From a virus, in the IMG/VR virus record IMGVR_UViG_3300020385_000008, positions 33,657-97,656 of that record: a stretch of DNA of 64,000 nucleotides; one strand, 5' to 3'. The position numbers and the translations under genes are program-made. The notes under the pieces were generated by a model. The model was given only the letters and a program-made list of their open reading frames with translations. It ran no database searches and was not told the DNA's origin. This document shows, piece after piece, positions 45,801 through 57,600 of the stretch; position 1 is the first letter of the stretch; each line of letters begins with the position of its first letter.

Positions 45801-47071
45801 TCTAGGCGACCGTCATACATTTGAACAATATTGTCAGCAATATCTAATCCAACGACTGGAGTACTGATAACGTTATTCACCAAATACTTACTACCAAGTT
45901 CAAATGGTACGGCAGTATTTGATTGAGTTTCTGTTGTTCTGGGTTTGGGAGCATCTAAATTAGTAGTTCCTGTCTTCTTAATATCAAAACCACGAACATA
46001 TGCCTTACCAGGAGACACTTTCAAAATTGCCAAACCTGGGGAAGGAGTACCACCTTCTTCTGTAGTTTGATTTGCTAGGTAGATACCATTATTGCCGATA
46101 TTATTATTTAACGACTCATCTGCTGTTGTCCTGATGCCTTCTACAATGTAATCACCAGACTCTTCATAAGTTCTTTCGGCAATGTAATCTTTTAGTACAT
46201 TATAAGTGGCACTAATTTCAAGTTTCTTAACTTCACCCTTATCGAGGCGCAATAGTTCTACAAAATTTGTATCATTAAAATCATTTAGAGGTTTCTTTGT
46301 TAGTGTAAGTTCAATCTTTAACCTATCCGCACCTGGAGCCGAGAAGTTATTAAATCCTTTCGCATTGTCGTATAGTGTAGGATCTTGACCAGCAGTAACA
46401 ATTTGCTCGGTAATTTGAAGCCCAACTCTATATGATGGATATACTGAATATGGATCAAGAACAATAGAATTGCTAGTTACTTGTACAAATGTTCCACGCA
46501 CAAAATAAACACCATCAGCAATTTCAGCAGCACTACCAACAGCTGTTGGATTAGTTGAAATTGTAGTAGCAAATGTACTATTGGTGGTAATTGTAGTATT
46601 TCCGTAGACAACAGGCTCTTCTAATATAAGAGACTCATTACTTGTAAAGAAAATAGTCCTATCGTCATTACCACTATCAGTGTATGTTACAAAAATAGTG
46701 GGATTGTTAACACCATCTCGTGGTGGAATCAAATAATCAATAACTCTTGCGCGAACACCAGTAACATCACCAACAATTGTTTTACCTACTAGTTGATCTA
46801 TGTACAGAGTTACATCAATACCACCCTGCTGTGGGTTTAGAATGACAGCAGTATATTGTGGGTTATATGAAATTCCTCCAGGAATTACCATAGAGCCTTC
46901 TTTAAAGAAATGCTCCCCAAACGTACTAATTTGGTTTTGTAGGATTGACTGTAGAGTTGTTAGCTCACGTGCCTGTACAGGAAATCCTGGCTTAAATAAG
47001 ACTTTATAATAGTCTTTATCAGCATCAAAATCGTCAAAGTATGGGCTGGTATCTAGATTGATCTGAGACAT
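39899..47071 (-). CDS. Large virion structural protein (VrlC-like / DUF4815)
   Basis: SPYFDDFD, PVQARELTTLQSILQNQI, APGADRLKI, RRYTMRDIG.LE.RI, DPLAQTF and GSLFKSQN motifs. Confidence 0.9.
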   Translation of the reverse strand: MSQINLDTSPYFDDFDADKDYYKVLFKPGFPVQARELTTLQSILQNQISTFGEHFFKEGSMVIPGGISYNPQYTAVILNPQQGGIDVTLYIDQLVGKTIVGDVTGVRARVIDYLIPPRDGVNNPTIFVTYTDSGNDDRTIFFTSNESLILEEPVVYGNTTITTNSTFATTISTNPTAVGSAAEIADGVYFVRGTFVQVTSNSIVLDPYSVYPSYRVGLQITEQIVTAGQDPTLYDNAKGFNNFSAPGADRLKIELTLTKKPLNDFNDTNFVELLRLDKGEVKKLEISATYNVLKDYIAERTYEESGDYIVEGIRTTADESLNNNIGNNGIYLANQTTEEGGTPSPGLAILKVSPGKAYVRGFDIKKTGTTNLDAPKPRTTETQSNTAVPFELGSKYLVNNVISTPVVGLDIADNIVQMYDGRLDGSKNPTGSLIGEARIYSYSLEDAAFTGPQTPWNVYLYDLQIFTRITANVPIGSKIIPGFRLQGLSSNASGYVRSIVGQEIFLTDTSGEFIRGEQFSVNGSTEDRFSTTDVIIYKQNQVKSLFQDTTSINPNISTDFRADTKLYPRVPNNFTASDSFTVTAGGLITCPGRLFDGFDVGDIVIWQDTVNSTLVYNRVLSLGLNDLNMTVGPVASVPNVASGALPSGTRTSVNLRASESRLLNTENSALYIEMEKKNISKVNLNNSQLYFTTQVYQETTVGSTLTINRTLTGVNDALFVPFDQERYSIVYSDGVIETVGSEQFEITGDSTVITFNGLSRINEAGITVNVTAIKPSIKSKSKILIKSQTLLVDRISQITSPEFGMVQNDYYGLRVDDEEISLNTADVESLTAVYESLDATPPTLDILGFTNGLSLETTTVKGELIRGNTSGAVAKLVEANTPSTVKIVYLSQNTFTVGETLVFSESNIKTNLQAIQPGNYKNITDKFSLDKGQREQFYDFSRLIRSRGATAPNKRILIIFDKFGVPVDDSGDFYTANSYVEEIFATGVPLLRNRTLRASDTLDFRPRVSDFTSITASPFDYSSRDFAESGSTVVRVTAPGESMVLGYDFYVGRKDRLVLNKLGGLKLIFGAPAPEPKLPEAAEAAMEIARITYPPYVYNIDDIVIQTIDNRRYTMRDIGNLEDRIESLEEVTSLSLLERRTDSLQVLDADGNDRFKSGFFADDFRTADFVDFDNPETSVNVSSRTGTLDCQFEFATIALQLQLDPLINPDDASLDQNLALVDSSTKKTGDLVTLNYDEIPWLEQPLASRTENVNPFNVILYDGQLIVSPSSDDFIVSRTIGSRRETVFGPEVATFEQNFIQSTETAQFMRERNIEFRASAIKPLTEFFPFFEGASGADFIPKLVEIAMRSGTFEVGETVEVFSGNTRIFSARVARQNHKSGPFDDPTQKYTTNPYIRTEQISDDYSASSTILNIDISSLADIADQRFFGYISAGLRIVGTRSGAVADIPRLRLVSDAFCDLAGSIFFRDPLNVPAPAFRLRTGIRTLRLSSSSTNEEPELGQTIISFAEATYTSGGTIENRITSVVTVRVPPPPPRPLVIVRQPITNVTNVTNVTNIIRRPPPPPRPAPPRDPLAQTFRVDETGAFLTSLDIFMATKSEVDNLTVEIRPTELATPNSNLVQNYAQVVLSPDEINVSSDASVPTRVTFPSPIYLEPDLTYALVLLAPTTDLYTAWIARMGEENITSPTTNVGGTAIISQQYLNGSLFKSQNGSLWTANQFEDLKFILYKAAFDSVGTVFLNNPPILDDTLIPNNPMRTLPRRLSLLVGNTSYPFEVGQKIASTASGFPNDARVIGDIESLGGPAQTLDVANNSGGIGYIDGTFPSVPLFNIASDGKNIVADVTISGGVVSSLSIINPGTGYLVGDTLGITTANVGGVGGDAVVDVNSINNIDTIILTNVIGQSIITTDTLNEYDAATNTLTDTGVQLTETSEVADPMSGGDVFVVDLPSHGMMADNNVVSIINTAPDTKGTDLVEGITISSNQITIANQALFDTFEGISTSTGYLVVGGEVMEYDNNGDGTLGITSRGVDNTPVNIHDQGSRVFKYEMSGVSLRRINTTHQLPSNQILGFTRDFGILPLVIDRGSRANDFGINPYIPQLSFNQDQQAGGSKVRTSQNFQFNTLYPSIGLLTPGDTTQVSTQIRTVSGTSAGGNEQSFVDQGNTPIALNAFTSFPSPRLVASLVNEVEYLEGLPNDKSLTMALTMRSDDANLSPVMDMNQVSLFTLRSALNNPVTNYPDDPRTNRIIGDPHRSIYVSQKVILDNPATALKVLLSAYRDETADFRVCYRLFAGDTQGATEPGWILFPGYDNLIDTNGDGFGDRIIDPSKNSGLPNKKVRASRLIGPDGFEDLEYQYDVDSLPEFSGFQIKVVFSGTNEARSPSLSDIRAIALG

Positions 47072-47074
47072 TGT

Positions 47075-48622
47075 TTAGAATTCCAAGATGATCTTAACGT
47101 CTTCTTTTTGGCGTGGGTTGCGTGGCACCAAAGGACGGTTGTCGAGAAATAAAATCTCTCCGCTAGGTTTATTTATCTCCGATCTAGCAACGCCATCTGT
47201 GAACTCTACACCAAGCTCAACAGTTCTATTACCAACAACAGTTGTAGAACCAGTAAATGTTGTATCTATAGATGCTTGGAAACCAGGTGCGGTAATTGCG
47301 TTTGTATTTGATACAAAAGGAAATTTATTTCCATTAGTAGAAATGCCAACATAGTCCGTATTGTCATACGTAACTGGGTTGTAGTATAGGGACCTATCTT
47401 GAATGTACTTTAATACTAAAGTTTCTTCATTAAATGAAACAGCATATCCTCTAGCTATACCAACATCAGTTTGCTGTTCAATAATATCACCCACCTCAAT
47501 GGGTCCACTAACGCTACCAGGTTCAAGTTTTAGAGAATCTGCTGCTGTAAATGTATTATCAGTAAATATAGTCTCTGATTCCGAAATAGTTGGATTTCTA
47601 AGAATACCAATTTGGGCGAATTGAGTATCGATAGGAAAATCTTCGTTGGAATCATCAAAACGAGCATATACCAATACTCTATCTGTACCTAGCTCTACGT
47701 AGATATCATATCCATGACCAAGTGATGGTGGAATAATAACATCCAATTTAGCAGCTTCAGATGCACTTGTATTAATGGTACCAAGATCAACTAGACCCCA
47801 AGTATATCCTTTGCCCCCTTTGGATACAATGGCTTTACTGATTTGACCAGAGTTAACATCAATAACGGCTCTGGCGCCCGTACCATCACCGATAATGTTA
47901 AGCTCTTGCCCAACACCGCCAGAATAACCTGCTCCCCTCTTATCGATATATATTTCTTTTAGTTGTGCGTCATTAACTGGGGAATCACCACTTTCTCTAA
48001 TTGCAACAATTTGTGGAGAGTTGGATGTTAGCCAATCGCTGGGGACTGTGATATACTCTGTACTATCAAACTTAACAACGTCTGCAGGAGAGACTGTAAA
48101 TAGATACTTCCAAATATATCCATCACCACTGGAACCAGCTGCTGATGGTTCTGAGTCCACAAAAGTTGGCTCATCTTCGGAACCATTACCTTTGGGGTTA
48201 TCTCCACTAGAACCATTGCTTAAGCACTCATATACACGGAAATCACTATTAATAACATAGTAATTTGCATCATATAATCTAGTAGAGCCTGTATTGGGAG
48301 AGACATTATATACACTATAGTCATCTCTATATTGTTCATATCGAGTTCCTTTAGTCCACTCAACACGGCGAATTACTCTACGAATATTCCCTGGAGTAAT
48401 TCTTCTCCCATATAGCATCCAATCATAACACCCACGAATATATGAAAAGTTATCAATAGGTGATAGTGGATCCGTATTCCAATCTAATGAACGTCCATAT
48501 TCTGGTCCTACCGGATTCGGCAGACCAACAAAAATGTAGTACGCATTATCGGGATCTGTGACAGATTTGATAAAGTTGTCAGCATTAAATAGCCTAAACT
48601 CATCAGTGATTAAAGCAGCCAT
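47075..48622 (-). CDS. gp8: Baseplate wedge subunit
   Basis: MAALITD.FR, DGYIWKYLF and SGEILFLDNR..QKEDVKIILEF motifs; TATAAATA at 48658-48665. Confidence 0.93.
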   Translation of the reverse strand: MAALITDEFRLFNADNFIKSVTDPDNAYYIFVGLPNPVGPEYGRSLDWNTDPLSPIDNFSYIRGCYDWMLYGRRITPGNIRRVIRRVEWTKGTRYEQYRDDYSVYNVSPNTGSTRLYDANYYVINSDFRVYECLSNGSSGDNPKGNGSEDEPTFVDSEPSAAGSSGDGYIWKYLFTVSPADVVKFDSTEYITVPSDWLTSNSPQIVAIRESGDSPVNDAQLKEIYIDKRGAGYSGGVGQELNIIGDGTGARAVIDVNSGQISKAIVSKGGKGYTWGLVDLGTINTSASEAAKLDVIIPPSLGHGYDIYVELGTDRVLVYARFDDSNEDFPIDTQFAQIGILRNPTISESETIFTDNTFTAADSLKLEPGSVSGPIEVGDIIEQQTDVGIARGYAVSFNEETLVLKYIQDRSLYYNPVTYDNTDYVGISTNGNKFPFVSNTNAITAPGFQASIDTTFTGSTTVVGNRTVELGVEFTDGVARSEINKPSGEILFLDNRPLVPRNPRQKEDVKIILEF

Positions 48623-48660
48623 GGTATAAATTTAAAGGGGCAATAATACCTTTTCCTTAT

Positions 48661-51600
48661 TTATACTCTCTTCGCAAGACCACCTCTGTCACGCAATCCA
48701 CCCTTCGTCCTAGATAGAGTTGGGAAGTTAATCATATCGCTTGTATATGTTGGGTTTGGAATATCAAAGGGAATCGATACGTCAAAGTCGCGAATGACTG
48801 AACCAATTGCCCCAAAAGACATATAGCCAAGCTGATCGCCAGTGCCACTCACACCTGACTGATTTGTCCTAACATTTACATCAACAAATCCCTCAAGAGA
48901 GTTTATGTAAGTAACGCTTGCGACTTTGTAGACACAATCTAGGAACTGTGTTCCTACCCCAACAACATCAAGAATGTTTTGACCAATAGCCTCCACCCCA
49001 TTTCCAATCACGGATTCGCTTACGACAATATAGTCTCCAACAAATAGTGAGGTGATTAGTTCAAATTGATCAATCTTTCTAAAGAAGAATCTAATAGAAC
49101 CATTACTACCTTGTATTTGAGTAATGATTGAGGAATATCCCCTAATGAAATCTCCATTAATTTTAACTTTATTTTCGTAGACGATACTAGGTTCTTCAAT
49201 TAAGACTGTTGGGGGTTTGGCTGGATCATAACCAGAGTTATTGAATGGAACTTGGACGAATGCAATCTCACCCGTGATTGGTTGGATTGAAATTGTTCCT
49301 ACTGTTGCTCGGTTTCCAGGACCATTTGGTGGGGCAATAGTTATCTTTGTATTGCCTGGATATCCTCTGCCATTATTACCATTAACAAAGTTAATTCCAG
49401 TAACAGTACCCGAAGCATTTACTACAGCCACTGGCTCTGCTGGAACAAACTCCGTTCCTGAGGAAGTAAATATATTTGGTTGAGAATATATTCTCCCAGC
49501 AATATTTTCAAGATTTGTTACACTATCAAAAGCATCTTCTTCATATCTGAATAGCTGTGCGCTTTCAATATAGAACGTAGAACTTGTATTTGTTAGGGGT
49601 GCAAGAATTGCGGGATCAGGTCTGATAATAGACTCAATACTATCTCTAGTTTTAAATATTGGCTGACCATAGATGAACAAATCTCTTTTCTGCTTATCCC
49701 AAGCAACCTGTCGTGGATTAGTATCATCTATATCGTTATTGCCAACATAGACATTAGTTCTAGCAGTATCTGATGAGGCGATTTCGGTTACAAGACGAAT
49801 GTCTTGTGTCTTACTACCTTCAAAAACATCATTCTTTCTAATTTGTAACTGATCACCAGGGCGAACTGTTTCATTTACATCAGTCACAGTCGCACTATCA
49901 ATTCCTCTCTTGCCACGGTAGAAGTAGATATCAATATTATCTTGTGGTAATGGGGCTTGTGTGAACTCAAAAGATGTACCACCCTCAAAGAAGTAATTTA
50001 TATTTGGTGTTTGAAGGACAGTATTAACATAGATCATCAGAATTGAACTTAGATCAATTGCGTCTGAGTCTTCATCTTCGGGGTCTTTTTCAAACGAGAA
50101 TTGTTCTCCATTGTAAATCAATGGGAATCTTGTTCTGGTCCCGTCCTGTAGAGATTTAATACTATCAATGTAGTCTTGCTGACCATAGTTCCAATAAGCA
50201 AAGTTATCGGTGAATATAGTCAATACGTTCAATTGGAATGGGTTAAATGGTTGAGTCAATGTTTTGTCAGTTACTAGCCCAACAACCTCAACGATGTCAC
50301 CTTCAGCAAAACCAAAACCTTGATTGCTGATCTCATAACCAGTTACTTCAAAGTAATCCGATCTTCCGACAGCAGTAGTTCTTGCTCCACCAACATCACA
50401 CGTAATGAATAAATTCTCACCACTGGTTATTGAACCATCTCTACGGAATACTGTCTTAATAGGTAGATTGAAGTAACTAGGTGAAGGAGCCCAGATATAT
50501 GGATCAACATAACCAGTACCAGGATTATCAACAATAATCTGTAGCTCACCACCAGGACCGGGAACACCACGAATAGAAGCAGCAACTCCAGTGTGACCTT
50601 CTTCAGTAACACCAATAGATACCGCTGTGTTATATCCAGAGCCAACATTATTTTTTGTAATTTGACCGATAATTCCTCCGCTCACGTAATTATGAACGAT
50701 AGTAGAAAGACCGACTTGTAGATTAAAGTGAGCATCATCCAATCTATTAATGACTGGAACGTTATCAACTCCAGGTACTGGGAAGACTGTGGTTGTTAAG
50801 CCAGCAGTTTGTCCGCTTGGGCATTCAAAGATAAGACCATTTAGAGCAACGAAACTTGGATTTAATAATTCATTACCAAACTCAAATGGTCTAAACTTCT
50901 GCCAATTACCACCAGAAACATATGTATGGTCAATCGTTGAGATTCCGACATTAACTGAGAATGTATTATCAGTAATAATATTTTCAACAGAAAATACTGA
51001 TTCTTTATCTGGATAAATCGCAGTACCCGAACTACAAGATAATAGGATGTTGGACAGCTGAATAATGTCTCCTCTACGGATGTTCTGACCGCTCAGAGAC
51101 TGTGCTGTATTAATTATTAGCCTACCACTCTCTTTAAAGTAGATGGCTCCAGAAATCGGTTCTAGACCCGTTACATTGGTACCAATTGCAGTGACTAACA
51201 ATCTACCATTTTGATTATCATATTCTGCCCATTGTACATCAGTTGCTGGTCCAAATGTATTGTCCGTAAATACACCAACAATACCACCACCCGAAACTTC
51301 TGGTTCAAGAATCGCATCATATAAAGGAGCATAGCCAAGACCTGGAGTTGAACCGAGAGATACTATCAAACCACCTCTAGGTACCTGTGTTTGGTTGACA
51401 TCAAACTGGGAGACAACTCTCTGTCCATTTTCGGAAGTAATACCAGTAAAGACTACTGTTGATTTTGGAATTTCTGGACTAAATGTTACTTCAATTGAAC
51501 TGCCACTGATAGTTCCAGGAGGAGGAAGAAATCCAGAGATAATAGAACCATTTACAAATTTAATAGTATTTAATGTTGCTAATCGCTCACCGCGATATAC

Positions 51601-54600
51601 AAACTCGCCATTAGCAAACTTCACATTTATATCATAAATTAAACCATCATCTATGGAATCAAAGTAATTTTTCCTATCAACATTATTGGCATCAATGTTA
51701 TTGAGACCCAAATTAGCATTGCCAGCACTCAACCTCAACTCACCAATGTCAGCATTAGCAGCATCGGTATTATCACTCCAAAGATAACCAATAACTTGCT
51801 GAGCACCAGTAAAGAAATAGTCGTTGCCTTGATTGTTATCGGTTGAAGGTGTTTGATATATGTCGTTGATGACTAAACAACCACCACCATTCTCAATACC
51901 ACCCGTAGAAATACCATTACTTGTTAGAACGAACTCATTAGTATTACCATTAAACTGATCACTAATGTCATCAAAAACGGCAATGTCATCATAATTTTTC
52001 TGTAAGAAAGTTCTTCCTTGGAAAGTTGAGTTAGTTACAACTAAATTGTTTTCATTTGGCTGCTGTGGTCCTCTTCCATTCGGAGCTGCGGTAAAGATAA
52101 TATCCGAAGCAACAATATTATAGTTACCTCTATATAACTCCATCTCGCTATTTGCGGGATGTGATGTGGCAGCAGAGCCAATGACACCACGATCAGCCTT
52201 AACAAGAGGAATAACTCCCGTATTAGAGATTGGTCCTAATGGAGATGTGGCAAAACCAACGTTATCAATGAGAACAAACTCTTCATCAATCAATAGCAAA
52301 TCACCAGAACTCAATGTTCCAATTCCCGCAAGTACTAGGAACTCTTCCTCACTATTAATTGTATTTGTCAATTCATACTCAAAGTTGGTAGTTGCGATTG
52401 GTGCCTGAATAACCCCATCAATTGTAAATAGAGATTTCTCAAGTTTTTTCTCCATCCCAATGATATGAGCATTCCCACTACCAAATCCAACAAAACTAAT
52501 AAAAGTTCTATCAATCGCATCTTGTAAAGTTGCTGCCAATTGGAATCTATTTAAGTCTAGTTTGATTGACCAGACTTTAGGTGGCAATTTATCTGTAGTA
52601 ACTCCAAGATAGTCCACTGTCGGAACAATCTCTATAGGAGTAGCACTACTTGGATCTATACTATCTCCAGGAATATAGTATAGTTCTTCTGCGGGACTAA
52701 AGAAATGTGAAGTTATTGTAATTATGTTATTTAATTCATCAATGACCTGTACGGGATCAAATATTTTTTCATAAATTGGAATTCCATTATAATTCAAAGG
52801 GAAGCGAACTTTATTCGTCCTTTCACCCAATGGGGCATTATATAGATCTAGTAAGTATGACTCCTGATTAGCCTGATAAAGAAGAGGTCTTGGATCATAA
52901 TTGATAGTATCGTATTTCCTATAGAAAGCTTCAGCATATACTGTGATGTTGATGGGCTCTACTGGATTACCTCCGATATCGGGCTTAAACTTAAGAATCC
53001 AGTCTGGACCAATAAGTTCCGCAGTAAATTCCCCAATACCCCCTTCACCGTCAGCACCATCACCTTCTGTCAGGAATGGATATGCATTAGTGTATGATGA
53101 ACCGTCAGAATTTGCTATCATAATTTGATGAATAGCACCGAGAGTAGATCCTTGAATATAAGCAACAACTTTGGCTGTCTGGAATAGTTCAGGATCTAAA
53201 GTAAGAACATCAATTGAAGCATCTGCAGTACTTCCAGTTACTTTATTTGAAAGTAGGTTGAGTCCTCTTTCAGAACCTAAAGGTATATTATCTTTCTTGA
53301 ATGGGTATGGATTATCACCTGATGCATTTGGCTTAAATTCTATTTCTTTGGTTTCAATTCTAAGTATTTTATCAGTTGGGTTTATGACATTAACACGAAT
53401 ACGTCCACCACCCAAATTAGTAGTAAACTGATATCCAGCCTCACTAACATCTTGTAATGCAGTGCCATCAAATGAATAGATAGCTGAATATGTATCGGAA
53501 CCGATCCGCACAACATAAACTTCATAGTAAGAAGGAATACCGTCACCATTTAGAGCATAGACATGTAGAGCAACAGCATCAACTGAAGTATTAGGAGCAG
53601 CGTAGATTTGTTGTGTTGTGGTTGGAGGTACATTAGAAATCACCCCACCCAAAGTAACGTATCCGATTTGTTTTGGGGGTAATGAATTTGTTTCAAACTT
53701 TTGAACCAATAGCTTAAGGTCCATATCAAATGTATCTGGCTCAGCTGGGGTAAATCTCAATGAATAGTCACTATTGTTTAGTGACTTTGACTCAAAGTCG
53801 CCGTGTGGGACATCACCATCAAATACATCAGCCTTATTCATAGTAAAGGCTTTATTATCATAAGTAAGGGAAACAATTTCTGATAGTTGAACTTCATCCG
53901 TATTTGGATTTCTAACTTGAATTATACCCGCAGTAAAGATATCAGTGATTACATTAAATTCGATATACTCATTTTGACCACGAAGATTGTCACTATCAAT
54001 AAAGTCATTACTAACATTATCAATCAACAATACTCTGTTAGTCTTAACTTCAATGTAATCAGTCAACCTCTTATATGGCACAGCACTATTAAATCTAATA
54101 GCATTTGTTTTGTTATTGATAACATTATCATCATATCCCAAATCAAATACATTAATTCTATCTACACGCAGAGGTGTGCGAGCAACATCAGTCAATCCAA
54201 TAAAATCAAGAATAAGAGTTGTGTCGGTAGAAATAGCAGTTGTTCCAAAACCAGCATTGCCAAAAGCCTCAATTCGGGTATCGGAGAAGTTCTTCAATCC
54301 TATAGGATGGACCAATCTATTAACTGGACCAATAAGCTCTTCAAAGTTGATTGTGCTCTTAATGGAGTATGATAGATTCTGGTAATAATTGTTATCTGGA
54401 ATTACTTGAAACTCATCATCAAGGAATCCAATAGCATCACTCCAACCTGCACTGGTACGACTGATAGTCTCAATTTTATATCTACAGAAGCTCTTATCAA
54501 TATTAGTTACAGTGGCTATAACACCACTAACGTTTCCTCTAACAGAATCTCCCACTAATAGATTAAAGTTCCCTTTAATTTTAAAGAAGTTTGTGTTTGA

Positions 54601-57600
54601 TTCTTCTACAACCAAATCAGTTTCCTGAACTACTCCATTATCAATTAAGGAGAGTCTTTCCCCCTCAATGAATACCGCAGTAGTTTGATTGACTTGGAAT
54701 ATTGGATATATCTTTTTATTGACAATTGAAGAGAATGCGTTTTGGAAGGTAGCGGCAACTCCAACATTAGTGTCAGGATACTGAACTCTAATAACAACGG
54801 GATTAGTAGCCTGAACAGCAACAACATCAAAGAACGTATATCCATACTCCGATGAATTCATATTTGTGTCTTGCACTGCTGTGTTGATAGCAAAAATATT
54901 TTCAATGAATACCTTATCACCAACCTCAAATGGCGCATCAAGATATCCCGCAATTGGGGTCTGCATCAAATAATCAACAAAACCAGTTCCCTGATTAGCA
55001 ACCTGATTTATGATTTGTAAAATTGGTACGCCATTACTATTATTTGTAGTAAAGAATTCGTGGGAATTTTTAGATAGACCAGATGGAGCAACATCTATTT
55101 CAACGTCAACAACTTTGGATGATTGTGTTTGAACAAAAATTGAACCGCTGTTAATAACATCTCTCGTTACAGAGTCAATTAGAACACCGTCTGGATCAGA
55201 CTGGTATCCAATACCACCATTCAAAACTTCAATACTAGTAATAAAATCAGAATCTGTAAATTCAATACTAGGCTGAACGATACCCTTTGGTCTTATCGTT
55301 CTATCAGCAGAGTATGCCCAACCTGGGTTCTGAATTCTAAAAGAAGAAACTTCTCCAATATTACTAGATGATGCTCTCAACGAAGCATTGGTTCCAGTTG
55401 GACTTTGAATTGTTATAAACTCTGGTAGAGTATCAAAGTTTTTGCCAGACGAAATAATCCTAATGGTACCAACAGGTCCAGTAGTATTAATGGATGATGT
55501 TAAATACTTTAAATTAGCTTGGGATGGAAGATACTTACTAACTTCAGGTCTCTGGGGAAGTGATAATGAGAATACCGAGTCCCCTTCTACAGTAACAGTT
55601 CCCCTAATGCTATAAGTACTATTCACATAACTAATTGAGTTATATGAAATGGCGTTAGTATCTGCAGTGGAAATGTATCCTCCAGACTCAAGACCATAAT
55701 AGATAACACCAGGATTGTTAGTAGAATATCTAATATTTTTCTCGCCATCAGGAAATCCTTCGGTAGAAATACCACTAACAACAAACACCCTGTCAATACT
55801 GTTGTTTTCAAAAACTTCAGTTAGTGATTGATCATAAAAGAATTTTAACTCTTTACCAAATAATGTGGGTGATGACACATCAAAGTTGATGTCATGGTTA
55901 CTGATGATATTGAGTTCTGGATTTACTTTGGCAAATACTTGATTACCTACGCCCTGCGAATTTAATTCGATTGGATTTTCAGAACCAATTTTAGTATCAA
56001 TTTCAGTTTGGGCAACGTAGAATCTGTCAGAATCAAATGGAATTACAAAGTACTTACCATTATTGGTTAACCCAGAAATAACAGTGTCAGCAGCAGTGTA
56101 GAGAATATAATCAGCAAGAATATATCCGTGATTTTCAATAGTAATTAGATTTAGTGATGTATCAACATCTGCAGGAAGAGCTATCTCAGGATCAATTATT
56201 AGAGACTGTGATACCTCATTAAATTCAACTACAATAGAAGAGTTTGATCCAATGCCAGCAGGACCAAAAGGAATTACACTCACATCTACAGCATCTCCAT
56301 TCTCTAGTTGATGGGGTTCTATAGTCGTAATATTAGATCTAATTCTATCAAGGTTAGCTGTTTCAGCAAATCTATCAGTGATGATATTATAGCGGAAAAG
56401 ATCACTACCATCAGAAAGAATAACTAAATCCTCTTCTTCTGGACTAAACCTAAGTCCAATCAAATCTTTTGATACATTATGAACATATAAAGTTTCTTCA
56501 TCACCAATCTGTGGAATAATTTGAATGTTACCTGCATTATCCCTAACTTGAATAGGTGCCCCAAGTGCTGGCTTAATAAAAGTAACTTTTTCTAAGTTTC
56601 TAAACTGATGTGAAGGTGCGTAGATAGAAGCAGCAGGAATAGAAATTTCATAATTAATATTACCAATTGAATAGATTCTTTCTGTTGTTTCCCCTAACTC
56701 ACTAGCAGTACTAAACGTCTGCCTTGGATTGAAGAAGTAATCTTCATTCAACTCAGATTCAAACTCATCGGTTCTTACATCAATATCAAAGAAATTTTTG
56801 ATAGGGAATACTCTTGCTCCAATAGGAGCAACAGTTGATGTTGCTTGTGATCTATAAACTCTAAGAGCTTTATTTATGGGGAAAATATTTAATACGCTTA
56901 CTTCCTCAATATCATTACCACTTCCAATAGTCAAAGAAGAACCAACGCTGACATTTGATGAAATATAATTTACGAAAATGTCTATCGCACCTTCAGAAAC
57001 AGCTGCTGGAACTGGATTATAAAGACTCATTGACGTATTGTCAATACTAACAATACGTGAGCCGCCAATAACGGAAGTGAACGTAGTTAGACCACTAATG
57101 ATAACAGAGTCGCCCTCGCGATAGGCGTGAACAGGATCAACATAAATGCGAACAGTACTTTGATCAACTCTAATAACTTTTGTTACTAATTTACTATATG
57201 ACAAAGTATCTTCGTCAATAGTTGATATACCAAACCCAACTACCTGACTAACAATAGAACTGACAGAATCTTCACTACTATCAAAGATAGGAATATCACC
57301 AACACCGTAACTATTTCCAGCACCAACAATAGCAATGCCATCAATCTCACCAGGAGAAATTGATTCAACAATCTGGTCTTGAGTGTCAAACAAATATGAT
57401 TGAACTAAGAATTCACTACCAGCGAATGGGCTACCCACATAATACGGGAAAGTATTTCTAAAGATTGGCTTATCATTAACATCAAAGTCTTGATCAATAT
57501 TAGTACTTGAAGGTTCAATAGCAGAGTCTCTGAATTCTGGACCAATGAAGTATGGGAATTGTGGTTCTCTGGCACTTGACTGCTGATCAGCGGCGATACC

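Noticed and set aside
39899-47071. Virulence function implied by the VrlC name
   Set aside because: It sits in the baseplate-neck operon and is a common cyanomyovirus structural protein
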